Assembly (NCBI GenBank): GCA_030704615.1
Contig: CM060732.1
Location: forward strand, 35,526,001-35,590,000
Length of the DNA stretch: 64,000 nt
Source of the DNA: Takakia lepidozioides
Taxonomy: Eukaryota > Plantae > Bryophyta
Reading direction: 5' to 3'
A program made the position numbers and the translations under genes. The notes beneath the pieces are model-generated. The model was not told the DNA's origin, ran no database searches, and saw nothing but the letters and a program-made list of their open reading frames with translations. Positions 25,811 through 38,365 of the stretch are shown in pieces (the first letter of the stretch is position 1; each line of letters opens with the position of its first letter).

Positions 25811-28800
25811 TGTCGCGGCCCTTTGCCTTGAGGGCAGGGGGTCGGGACACATGAGGGGCTGCCCCTGTGGTGGGGGCAGCGGCAGCGATAGGTATGGGGG
25901 GCTGAAGCACCCTTGAGTGCCCAAGGCACTCAAGGAGGCGGAGGCGCTCACTAGGCGGAGCCCCGCACACCGGGTTGCGGTGGGGGTGGCTCCACAAGGG
26001 GTGGTGGTAGCTTAGCGGGACTTAGTGGGGGTGGCATAGGACTCACCATGGGGGCGGAGACCTCGTGGTGGGAGTCGTGGGGAGTCTTGGGACTCATCAC
26101 GGTCCATAGGGGCCGTGGTGAGCGGGCCAAGACTCACCGCGACTCATCACCGGGAGTCAAGGGTTTTCGTGGTGGTTCGCCATAAAATGGCATGGCTGGT
26201 TGTGGAACCCCCGCGGACAGCTACAAAAGTATATATAGGGAGTAGTAACCCCAAGAACGGTGCAAGCCCGTTGGTGACCAAAAACTAGTGAGTAAGCGTG
26301 CGAGCCGGAAAGCGACCAAAGAGTGGGGAGCTGTTCCGGACTGCCATCTACCAAAGGGAATTCTCCTAGTCCCAAATAGGTGGAGGGTTTAGTGGGGAGC
26401 GAAGGGGGACCGTTATGTCCCGGTGAGCAGCCGAAGCTCCAAGTTGGCCCGGGCGGCCAGGTTGGGAGTCAGGCGCGCGCATCAAAGCGAGTAACTATGA
26501 CTTGAAGGGGAGCTTACTGAAGTGAGGTGCGCGACACTTGGTATCAGAGCTTAGAGTTCAGTACGCGATCGTCCTTGGGATTGGCCTCATCATGGGGTCG
26601 GGCAAGCCAAAGCGAAAGCGGAACGGCCCAAAAGATGATGATCCCAGTGAGCCCGATGGGGCGGCGTGTCACCGAGGCGGCCGTTTGAGGAAGCGATGCA
26701 TGTTTCCGAAAACGAGGCCGCCCAAGAGCGGGAGGAATCCGAGAGGAGTCGGAGCCCGATGAATCCTTGAGAGCTCCGACAAACCAAGAGATGCCTCCCA
26801 TGCCGGCAGCCTTTTGGGAAGGGTTGTTGGCGCAGTTTGGCGGGACGTTGAAAGACGTGTTGAAGGCGGCTAATGCCACTTCCGGTAAGGCAAAGTTTAA
26901 GGTGAAGCCTAAGGAACCTGGCACCTTCGAGGGCGTCCGAAATCGGAAGGCACTCAACACCTGGCTCTTGGAGCTAGAGCAGTACTTCCGGGCGGCCAAG
27001 TTGAGTGACGAGGATCGGGTGGAAGTGGCTCCCACCTATTTGAGGGGCTATGCTCAACAATGGTGGCAGAAACGCCTTCACAACCGAGGTCCAAGCCCGG
27101 AAACATTGAACTGGAGTGGGTTCAAGGAATTGATGAAGAGACAGTTTGTGCCCCTCAACGCGTCCTGGCTTGCCCGGGACAAGATGAGGAATTTGAAGCA
27201 AACACATGACATTCGGGGGTATGTCCAGGCTTTCAATGTGTGTTGCTCGAAGTCGCGGACATGGCAGAACCAGAAATGGTCTTCAACTTTGTGGCGGGAC
27301 TGGCCCCATGGGCCAGGCGGAAGTTGGAGGAGAAGCCACCCAAGACTTTGAACGAGGCTATTGAGAGGGCTGAATGTTTCTCAGATGTCCCTAGGGGTGA
27401 AAGACAAGGCCGTACGGAGCTGAACCACAAGAAGATTCGGCGGGAAGGTGACTCCTTCCGACCGGAAAAGAAGTGGGATAGGCCACGCGGCGAAAATGGC
27501 ACGTGGAAATCGAAGGGAGGGCCTTCACACGTCAAGGCGGCACCCGGTGCTTCGAAAGGAAAAGCGGGTGGAGCGGCTTATGGCGAACAGAAGGCGACCT
27601 TTGATGGAGTGTGTTTCAATTGCGGGGAGCCCGGGCACATGGCCAAGAAGTGCACAAAGCCCCGACAATTGAACATGACTCGGGCGACCACGGAGATGTC
27701 GGAAGATACCATCAGTCGCTTGGTGGAAGCGGTGGTCGCCAGGACTTGCAAGGTAGGCAAATTTTCTTGTGAGTTGTATCAGGAAACTGGCGCCTTACGA
27801 AAAGGGAGTCAGTTATTGTTCGTGGGTGGGATAATATCCGGAACTAATGTGTCGTTGTTGGTGGACACAGGAGCGTCGCACTCCTTCATGACACCGGCAA
27901 CGGCACAAAAGCTGGGACTCCCGACAAGTGACGTGGGGGCCTCTATTGAGGTGCGTTCTGCCAAAGGAGAACCACAGTTGGCGACAAGGTTGGCGATTGA
28001 TGTTCCTCTTCAACTGGGGAGTTGGGAGGGACGTGAGAACTTCACCATCTGCGAGATCGATGGAGTGGATCTCATTTTGGGGATGACCTTTTTGAGCAAA
28101 TCCGGAGCGGTCATAGATGGCCGCAAGAGAGTAGTCACGCTGCCATGTGGGAATGGTGGCGAGGTTTTACGAGTGTCTGAAACGCCCAAATCCGTGGGAG
28201 GGCGAATAAACCTTCTGTCAGCAAAGGAGTGGGCCGTGGAGGAGGCACACGAGCCCCAGTTTTTGCTTTACATTAAGAAGTGAAAGGAGAAGGCGATGGG
28301 GAGCCGAGCCCAGATTGGATCAAGGGGATTTTGGAGAAATACCAGGATGTGATGCCGGAGGATTTACCAAGCGGCTTGCCACCGCGAAGAGGAGTTGACC
28401 ACAAGATTGAGGTGATACCGGGATCGGAACCGCCTGCCAAGGCGCCCTACCGGTTGAGCCACAGAGAGTTGGTCGAGCTGAAGACTCAGCTCAAGGATCT
28501 AATGTCAAAGGGGTACATCCGGCCGAGTAAGTCACCTTACGGAGCCCCGGTGCTATTCGCAGACAAGAAGGATGGGACGCTGCGGATGTGTGTCGATTAC
28601 AGGGCTCTGAATAAGGTGACTATCAAAAACCGGTACCCTTTGCCAAGGATCGACGACCTCTTTGATCGGTTGGCAGGAGCGAAGTATTTCAGCCGGATCG
28701 ACTTGCGCTCCGGCTATCATCAAATTCGGGTGGCGGAAGGAGATGAGGAGAAGACCGCGTGCAGGACAAGGTATGGTTCATATGAGTTCTTGGTGATGCC

Positions 28801-31800
28801 TTTTGGGCTCACCAATGCACCTGCAACCTTTAGCACGCTGATGAACAGCCTTTTTCAGGAGTGGTTGGATGACTTTGTGATCGTGTACATCGACGACATC
28901 TTGGTGTACTCGAAAACAAAGGAAGAGCACCTGGAGCACCTCAAAAGGGTGTTCCAAAAGTTGCGGGAAGGGAAGCTGTATGCCAAAGCTTCAAAGTGCG
29001 AATTCGGGGTCACGAAAGTGGAGTTCTTGGGGCATGTGATTACACAGGATGGGATCAAAATGGATGACAGAAAGGTGAGGGCGATCTTGGACTGGGAGCC
29101 TCCGACTTCGGTCCCGGGAGTGCGATCCTTCCTAGGACTCGCCTCCTATTACCGGAAGTATGTGAGAAATTTTGCCAAGATCGCGGGGCCGCTGTCGGAC
29201 CTTCTGTGTAAATCTAAAGTCTGGGCATGGAACACCTTTTGTGGCCAAGCTTTTGCTGAATTGAAGCAGCGGATGGCGGAAGCTCCAGTCTTGAAAATCC
29301 CGAGTTCGATCGTCCATTTGAGATTCATACAGATGCGTCGGACTTCGCGATTGGGGGTGTACTTATGCAAGATGGACGTCCAGTGGCTTACGAAAGTAAG
29401 AAACTGAATGAAGTGGAGCGACGGTGGCCGACGCACGAAAAAGAGATAAGGCGGTGGTGCATTGCCTTGAGCTTTGGCGCCACTATGTTGGTTCCAACCC
29501 AGTGAAGGTGTTCACGGACAATGTCACGGTGAAGTATTTTGCCACGCAGCCCAAGTTGTCCCCAAAACAACTTAGGTGGCAAGATACTTTGGCGGTGTTC
29601 GACGTGGATATCCAGTACAAACCGGGACGGGACAATGTGGTGGCCGATGCTTTAAGTAGAAAGCAGCAGCTCTTGTTGGTGTACAAGGGCGAGACGGCAC
29701 TCCAAAGGAAGATCCGAAGGCTTGCCGGAAGGATGAGCTGGCGAAGTCCGTGATGCAGGACTTGAGGATGGGGGTTAAATCGCAGTTCCACTTGCAAAAT
29801 GGACTGCTCCGGTATAAGCAAAAGCGTCTCTACGTGCCAAAGGGAGGGATCAGAGATAGCCTCTTGAGAGAATGCCATGATAGCCCGCTTGCGGGCCACG
29901 GCGGAGCCAAGCGCACTGCGGCACTCTTGAAGAAAGGGTATTTCTGGCCCAAACTGAGGGAGGAGGCAGAGGAGTATGTCAAGACATGCACCACATGCCA
30001 ACAAAACCAGAGCGAGTACAAAAAGCAAGCGGGGCTGTTACAACCCTTGCCGATTCCAGAGGGACTTGGGAAAGCGTCTCGATGGATTTCATGACTGCTA
30101 TGCCGCTGTCAAAAGGATTCGATGCAATCATGGTGGTGGTGGATAGGTTCAGTAAAATGGGCCATTTCATCCCCACCAAGGAGACGGCAATGGCGCAGGA
30201 GACAGGGCGACTTTACTTCGCCCACGTCTTAAAGCATCATGGAGTCCCGAAGGATATTGTCTCGGACCGCGATCCAAAGTTTACGAGTAAATTTTGGAGG
30301 GCACTTTGGAAGAAGATGGGGACGAGGCTGAAGATGAGCACCGCCTTCCGACCTACGACGGACGGCCAAACGGAAAGAGTGAATTCCGTAGTGAAGCAAT
30401 TCTTGCGGAATTACGTGTCGGCAGACCAATCAGACTGGATGGAACACTTAGACGCGGCAGAGTTCTGTTATAATAACACAGAACACTCCGCAACGGGAGT
30501 TTCCCCTTTCGTATTGGTCTATGGAAAAGCACCTCTGGTGCCGACAAGTTGGGCCGCCCAGGACGTTGAGGAACCGGCAATAGCGGCGGTACTGGAAGAA
30601 CGCGAGCGTTTGTTGAAGCTCGCAAAGTACAATATTGCCAAAGCTAGGAAACGGTATGAAAGGCAGGCGAATCGGAAGCGGAGGGAAGTGAAGTTTGAGG
30701 CAGGCACAGAGGTCTGGTTGAACATCAAGAATTTCTGACTACCTCCGGAAGTGAGTCCGAAGTTCGTACCTCCGTATGCGGGACCCTTTCGCATTCGGAA
30801 GGTTATGAATGAGGATGTGTATGAATTGGAGCTGCCGCAAACAGCAAGGTGCACCCAGTATTCCATGTCTCCCTTTTGAAGCCTTACTTCAAAGATGAAG
30901 CGCGTCCGAATCGGCATCAAGTGTTGCGTCCGCCACCTATGCTGTTGGATCATGAAAATGAACCTGAGTACGAGGTGGAGGCAATACTTAAGTCGAGGAG
31001 GTTCAAGAACCGAGAAACGGAGTATCTCGTCAAATGGAAGGGCTATCATCATGTGGAGGCATCTTGGGTGCGTGCCTCAGAAATGGGAAACGCATCCGAG
31101 GCGGTTGCAGCTTTGAAGGGCGACCTCAAAAGCGGAAGAAACGTTGATGGGGACATCAACCTTGGAGCGTGGGGGAGGAAATGCATGCTTAGCCCGGCTT
31201 AGCTAGCTTAGGAATCCGATTACAAAAACTTGTATTGTACAAAAATTTGTTATAAAGGAAATGGGTTCCAAATGTTGTGCGTCCTATTTTGTTTGGAATG
31301 GTGATGCATGGTATGGTTGGCTAGTGTGTAGAATGCATGCTAGCTTATAAAAGTGGGAGAGGTAAATTGGGTTAATCGTGTGTTTGCGTAGTGCCGAAAT
31401 CGGGTGACCCCATCCAAGGGGCAAGGAAACTTGCGCCTTCTTTGGGAGTTCACGTGCTAGTGCGCACCTGGCGCGTGCGCGTACTATAACTGCGCTACCG
31501 AGGGGGTTGCCTTGTAGTGCGGGCTAACGCGGAAGCTACGTGCTTCCGTTCACGTACTATAATCGTGTAGCCTCGGGACGAAGTCGTAGTGCGGCTTTGG
31601 CGTGTTCCCGTACCTCAGGCCAGCATTCCAAGGCGGACCCAATTGTAGTGATTGGGGCGCACGGTTGGTTCAAGGTTATCTTCCTAGTCAAAGAGGGTTC
31701 CAGGTGAACCCTTGCTCAAGGTGATGCCAAAAGCGGCATCATGAGCGATCGCAAGCAATGTTGTTGCAGTAAGGCGATTCGATCCTCGGGGAGGATCGTT

Positions 31801-32777
31801 CCTTGGCCTTGAAGTAGGCCAAGAAGAGTGCACTGGGTGAGCTGGAGAGGCTCCACCCTTGGCCGGGACTTGGAGGAAGTCGGCCGAACTAGCTAGTGGA
31901 GAGTAGAGTCAAGTGTGGGGTTTGGTTCTTTGCCATGGGACGCCATGGTGCGGAAACAAACTCCTTGATGTGGGACGCCACAACTTGGATGTTCGTTTCT
32001 ACAAAATGGACAAGTCGATGAGGACATCGACTCCCTGTTGGTAGGGGAGTGTGTCGCGGCCCTTTGCCTTGAGGGCAGGGGGTCGGGACACATGAGGGGC
32101 TGCCCCTGTGGTGGGGGCAGCGGCAGCGATAGGTATGGGGGGCTGAAGCACCCTTGAGTGCCCAAGGCACTCAAGGAGGCGGAGGCGCTCACTAGGTGGA
32201 GCCCCGCACACCGGGTTGCGGTGGGGGTGGCTCCACAAGGGGTGGTGGTAGCTTAGCGGGACTTAGTGGGGGTGGCATAGGACTCACCATGGGGGCGGAG
32301 ACCTCGTGGTGGGAGTCGTGGGGAGTCTTGGGACTCATCACGGTCCATAGGGGCCGTGGTGAGCGGGCCAAGACTCACCGCGACTCATCACCGGGAGTCG
32401 AGGGTTTTCGTGGTGGTTCGCCATAAAATGGAATGGCTGGTTGTGGAACCCCCGCGGACAGCTACAAAAGTATATATAGGGAGTAGTAACCCCAAGAACG
32501 GTGCAAGCCCGTTGGTGACCAAAAACTAGTGAGTAAGCGTGCGAGCCGGAAAGCGACCAAAGAGTGGGGAGCTGTTCCGGACTGCCATCTACCAAAGGGA
32601 ATTCTCCTAGTCCCAAATAGGTGGAGGGTTTAGTGGGGAGCGAAGGGGGACCGTTATGTCCCGGTGAGCAGCCGAAGCTCCAAGTTGGCCCGGGCGGCCA
32701 GGTTGGGAGTCAGGCGCGCGCATCAAAGCGAGTAACTATGACTTGAAGGGGAGCTTACCGAAGTGAGGTGCGCGACA
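25811..32777 (+). mobile_element. Full-length Ty3/gypsy chromovirus LTR retrotransposon
   Basis: 726-bp LTRs 25811-26536 and 32052-32777 (TGTCGCG...CGCGACA); 5-bp TSD TACTG; PBS tRNA-iMet 26539-26550; PPT about 32040-32051. Confidence 0.97.
26592..31150 (+). pseudogene. gag-pol of the chromovirus (Gag zinc knuckle, protease, RT, RNase H, integrase, chromodomain), with multiple single-base frameshifts
   Basis: [73 protein letters not shown]. Confidence 0.95.
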
Positions 32778-35700
32778 TACTGGATATCCACGTCGAACAC
32801 CGCCAAAGTATCTTGCCACCTAAGTTGTTTTGGGGACAACTTGGGCTGCGTGGCAAAATACTTCACCGTGACATTGTCCGTAAACACCTTCACTGGGTTG
32901 GAACCAACATAGTGGCGCCAAAGCTCAAGACAGTGCACCACCGCCTTCATCTCTTTCTCGTGCGTCGGCCACCGTCGCTCCACTTCATTCAGTTTCTTAC
33001 TTTTGTAAGCCACTGGACGTCCATCTTGCATCAGTACACCCCCAATCGCGAAGTCCGACGCATCTGTATGAATCTCAAACGGACGATCGAACTCCGGGAT
33101 TTTCAAGACTGGAGCTTCCACCATCCGCTGCTTCAATTCAGCAAAAGCTTGGCCACAAAAGGTGTTCCATGCCCAGACTTTGGACTTACACAGAAGGTCT
33201 GACAGCGGCCCCGCGATCTTGGCAAAATTTCTCACATACTTCCGGTAATAGGAGGCGAGTCCTAGGAAGGATCGCACTCCCGGGACCGAAGTTGGAGGCT
33301 CCCAGTCCAAGATTGCCCTCACCTTCCTGTCATCCATTCTGATCCTATCCTGTGTAATCACATGCCCCAGGAACTCCACTTTTGTGACCCCGAATTCGCA
33401 CTTTGAAGCTTTGGCATACAGCTTCCCTTCCCGCAATTTCTGGAACACCCTTTTGAGGTGCTCCAGGTGCTCTTCCTTTGTTCTCGAATACACCAAGATG
33501 TCGTCGATGTACACGATCACAAAGTCATCCAACCACTCCTGGAAAAGGTTGTTCATCAGCGTGCTAAAAGTCGCGGGAGCGTTGGTGAGTCCAAAAGGCA
33601 TCACCAAGAACTCATATGAACCATACCTTATCCTGCACGCGGTCTTCTCCTCATCTCCTTCCGCCACTCGAATTTGATGATAGCCAGAGCGGAGATCGAT
33701 CCGGCTGAAATACTTCGCTCCTGCCAACCGATCGAAAAGGTCGTCGATCCTTGGCAAAGGGTACCGGTTTTTGATAGTCACCTTATGCAAAGCCCTCTAA
33801 TCGATGCACATCCGCAGCGTCCCATCCTTCTTGTCTGCGAATAGCACCGGGGCTCCGTAAGGTGACTTACTCGGCCGGATGTACCCCTTTGACATTAGAT
33901 CTTTGAGTTGAGTCTTCAGCTCGACCAACTCTCTGTGGCTCAACCGGTAGGGCGCCTTGGCAGGAGGTTCCGATCCCGGTATCACCTCAATCTTGTGGTC
34001 AACTCCTCTTCGCGGTGGCAAGCCGCTTGGTAAATCCTCCGGCATCACATCCTGGTATTTCTCCAAAATCCCCTTGATCCAATCTGGGCTCGGCTCCCAT
34101 CGCCTTCTCCCTTCACTTCTCTAATGTAGAGCAAAAACTGGGGCTCGTGTGCCTCCTCCACGGCCCACTCCTTTGCTGACAGAAGGTTTATTCGCCCTCC
34201 CACGGGTTTGGGCGTTTTCGACACTCGTAAGACCTCGCCACCATTGCCACATGGCAGCGTGACTACTCTCTTGCGGCCATCTATGACCGCTCCGGATTTG
34301 CTCAAAAAGGTCATCCCCAAAATGAGATCTACTCCATCAATCTCGCAGATGGTGAAATTCTCACGTCCCTCCCAACTCCCCAGTTGAAGAGGAACATCAA
34401 ACGCCAACCTTGTCGCCAATTGCGGTTCTCCTTTGGCAGAACGCACCTCAATAGAGGCCCCCACGTCACTTGTCGGGAGTCCCAGCTTTTGTGTCGTTGC
34501 CGGTGTCATGAAGGAGTGCGACGCTCCTGTGTCCACCAACAACGACACGTTAGTTCCGGATATTATCCCATCCACGAACAATAACTGACTCCCTTTACGT
34601 AAGGCGCCAGTTTTCCTGATACAACTCACAAGAAAATTTGCCAACCTTGCAAGTCCTGGCGACCACCGCTTCTACCAAGCGGCTAATGGTATCTTCTGAC
34701 AGCTCTGTGGTCGCCCGAGTCATGTTCAATTGTCGGGGCTTCATGCACTTCTTGGCCATGTGCCCGGGCTCCCCGCAATTGAAACACACACCATCAAAGG
34801 TCGCCTTCTGTCCGCCATAGGCCGCTCCACCCGCTTTTCCTTTCGAAGCACCGGGTGTCGCCTTGACTTGTGAAGGCCCTCCCTTCGATTTCCACGTGCC
34901 ATTGTCGCCGCGTGGGCTATCCCACTTCTTTTCCGGTCGGAAGGAGTCACCTTCCCGCCGGGTCTTCTTGTGGTTCAGCTCCGTACGGCCTTGTCTTTCA
35001 CCCTTAGGGACATCCGAGAAACATTCAGCCCTCTCAATTGCCTCATTCAAAGTCTTAGGTGGCTTCTCCTCCAACTTCCGCTTGGCCCACGGGGCCAGTC
35101 CCGCCACAAAGTTGAAGACCATTTCTGGTTCTGCCATGTCCGCGACTTTGAGCAACAACACATTGAAAGCCTGGACATATCCCCGAATGTCATCTGTTTG
35201 CTTCAAATTCCTCATCTTGCCCCGGCTGAGCCAGGACGCGTTGAGGGGCACAAACTGCCTCTTCATCAATTCCTTGAACCCACTCCAGTTCAAGGTTTCC
35301 GGGCTTGGACCTCGGTCGTGAAGGCGTTTCTGCCACCATTGTTGAGCATAGCCCCTCAAATAGGTGGGAGCCACTTCCACCCGATCCTCGTCACTCAACT
35401 TGGCCGCCCGGAAGTACTGCTATAGCTCCAAGAGCCAGGTGTTGACAGCACCCCACTCTTTGGTCGCTTTCCGGCTCGCTCGCTTACTCACTAGTTTTTG
35501 GTCACCAACGGGCTTGCACCGTTCTCGGGGTTACTACTCCCTATATATACTTCTGTAGTTGTCCGCGGGGGTTTCACAAACAACCATGCCATTTTATGGC
35601 GAACCACCACGAACACCCTCGACTCCCGGTGATGAGTCGCGGTGAGTCTTGGCCCACCCACCACGGCCCCCGTGGACCGTGATGAGTCCCAAGATTCCCC

Positions 35701-35969
35701 ACGACTCCCACCACGAGGTCTCCGCCCCAGGGTGAGTCCTATGCCACCCCCACTAAGTCCCGCTAAGCTACCACCACCCCTTGTGGAGCCACCCCCACCG
35801 CAACCCGGTGTGCGGGGCTCCACCTAGTGAGGGCCTCCGCCTCCTTGAGTGCTTTGGGCACTCAAGGGTGCTTCAGCCCCCCCATACCTATCGCTGCCAC
35901 TACCCCCACCACAGGGGCAGCCCCTCTTGTGTCCCGACCCCCCTGCCCTCAAGGCAAAGGGCCGCGACA

Positions 35970-37035
35970 AGTTCGGAGTTGTGGAGGGCAGTATCTAGCT
36001 CGAAGGCGAAGACATGCATGTCGGACAACGTCCCTACCTACATTGAAGCACCTGAGGGACAAAGCGGGCGGTTAGTAGCATGCGGCATGCAATTGCAATC
36101 GGGCCAGGGGACAAATTGTGCACGTGAAGGCTTACCTGTGCCGCATGTGAGGTCAAGAATCTGCCCTTGGACATCCGAGCTCCACGAGGATTTGGATGAA
36201 AGCAGGGCTCCGGGTCCGGCTGTACCGCCACGGTTTGCCTATCTTTTTGTCCTTCGGCATACTGGAGTGGGGCACATAGTTGTAGAGGACATTGTAGGTA
36301 ATAGGGTCCACAGCGGCATCAACAAGACGACCGTCTTTGCGGAATTTGAACGTAGACCCTCTCTTCACAAAACAATACGCCTCAAACAAGCACATCCAAC
36401 AAAAAAAGGATCAACTCCAGGGTCTAGTTTAAATACACCACCATATGAAGTGAATGCAATAGATTGATAACTTACACTCTGGCCCTTTGTTCGCAACCCC
36501 TGTGTATTAATGCAGAACCATTTTTTGAGGAGGACCGGGGTGACACTTTTCGGTGTCCACCTTGCCACAACATTCTCTGTGGTCTTCCCTCTTGTGGCAA
36601 GGACCACCATACATCCACCGTCATCCAGGAGCATCCCCGCCAGCCCAAACCCGGCTCTCCAGTAGTCCTCAGTAAACCTGTTCCAGGTGGGCACACCATC
36701 CAGGCCCTCCAGCAACTCCCCATTTGGAATATCGAGGAGAATCATATCGCAGGCTCTCTCCACCTCCCCCCCCCCCCCCCCCCCCGAGTGCTCTTGCAAT
36801 CCGTGCTCACAGCCGTGAAGAATTCCATCATGGCTTCCAAACCAGGGGTGTTTTTAGGCTCTGTACCGGCAGCCCTCTTCTTGGCTTTCCCCTTCGGCTC
36901 CTCCAGAGACTTGCTATGTGCCACCTTCTTCGCCCTCGCAGCCAGAGCGTCAATGAAGCTCTCATTGACGCATTGGATGATGGTTGGGGGTTCTAGCTTT
37001 GGCCTCTGCGGAAACGTCACCGCCGAATAACACCG
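35970..37035 (-). pseudogene. Second copy (fragment) of the MULE-borne amino-methyltransferase-like gene, interrupted by the gypsy LTR at 35969
   Basis: CDMILLDIPNG, LLDDGGCMVV and ILDLTCGT|G; paralogous to 58690-59756 with the same intron donors. Confidence 0.85.
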
Positions 37036-37466
37036 TGTAAATGGGCACCATTCACTTAGAGCCGTGACAACTAAAGCACATACGACTCAATCATAGGCTT
37101 CTAATTAACATAAGTAACCAGACGAGACACATCTCTCTTGGTGTCAAGAAAATGCTCAGTCATGTCCTGATTATGTCAAACTCGTGTCCTGACAAAACCC
37201 CGATGGGTGTTCTCTGGAGTGTTGGCTGTATGTATGGCCTGTAACTTCATTTTTGGATGACCTTCAGAGTGCAATTCAGAGTTGGCCGTGGAGATGCTGG
37301 CCGTCAGATTGTCCTGATCGGACGGATGAGAACTCCTGTAATTAGGGGTTATTTCTTTTTTTTTGGGGGGGGGGTATGACTACCTCCTCGAGCGCTTATT
37401 GTCGCTCATTCTTCTCTCTGCTCTCACTTTGCTCTCACTTGGTCTCTCTCATTTTGCTCCATTCAA

Positions 37467-38365
37467 GTGGGGGTGCTTAAGGAGTGTATGTCAGCATGCT
37501 CCAAAACAGCAAATGTGGCTGTTCGGGGTGAGTTTGGCATTCCGTCCTTAAGCTCCCAACGAGATGAATTCAAGGTCAGATGGTGGGGTCAACTGCAACA
37601 TATGCCCAACACCAGATATCCTAAGTTAATCGACTCTAGATCTTGGAAACAGGACCGCCCTGTCAAACAGGCTAAGTCCTGGCAGAAGAGAGTAGTAGAG
37701 ATCCTCAAGGACCTGGACCTGGATCCGCAAGTCTTGACCCTGCTGGATAAATCTGACTTAGAGGCTGTAGTGTCCTCAGCCATGTCTGTTGCCATGAGAT
37801 TGTCTAATGAAAATGAAGTTAGGCAGAAAACTTCCCTGAACTTGTTTCGAGTCTGTGACATGGGGGAGGACATCTTGGATGACCTCAAGGGTCTACCCAC
37901 TCTCGGCACTAGACTGAAATTTAAACTCTGGGCAGGAAGCCTACCTTTGAACAGCAAATAGAAGCAAAGAGGAAAGGGAGAGTGCAATTGCTCGTTGTGT
38001 GGGCAATCTGAAGACAGTATTCATTTTCTGATACACTGTCCGGGGTTCTCTCACCAAAGAGACGCTCTCTTCAAATCTATTAAGGGGATTGTGCCTGTAC
38101 CCATGTTTACCAACTTTGAAAGTCTCCAGGCTGAGCCAAAAGCCCAGGCCCTCCTGAGGCCTAGTTTTTGGGCAAATCACACACAGCAGATTGATGCTTG
38201 TGTGAAGGGATTTCTAGAGGATATCTGGAAAACCCGGATTAATTCTATATATGGAGGTAAGTCTTACTACCAACATCATCCCCTGACAGAGGTAGGTTCT
38301 GTCCCTTTTGTTCCCGCTCAAACTGGGCGGGGGGGTCAATGGCCACAAGGCTACGGCAAACAACG
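37467..38365 (+). mobile_element. Non-LTR retrotransposon 3' end (post-RT region and CCHC finger), RTEX/L2-like rather than L1
   Basis: TANVAVRGEFG...RWWGQLQHMPNTRYPK...KLWAGSLPL...CSLCGQSEDSIHFLIHCP. Confidence 0.75.

Larger units (their letters stand above)
24729..35969 (-). mobile_element. Older copy of the chromovirus (5' LTR 35969-35445 with a deletion removing the PBS; gag-PR-RT-RH 35445-32778; integrase 25810-24729), split by a younger copy
   Basis: Minus-strand ORFs 34595..35398, 34045..34644, 33797..34066, 32723..33790, 25190..25951 and 24660..25106; DIQY|KPGRDN is split exactly at the insertion. Confidence 0.92.

Noticed and set aside
25764-26375. Antisense ORFs within the LTRs and opposite gag-pol or the transposase
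   Set aside because: GC-rich shadow ORFs with no domain features
31480-31593. Resemblance to a purine riboswitch (TATAA...TACC)
   Set aside because: Lacks the P2/P3 kissing loops and junction spacing; kept only as a generic structure
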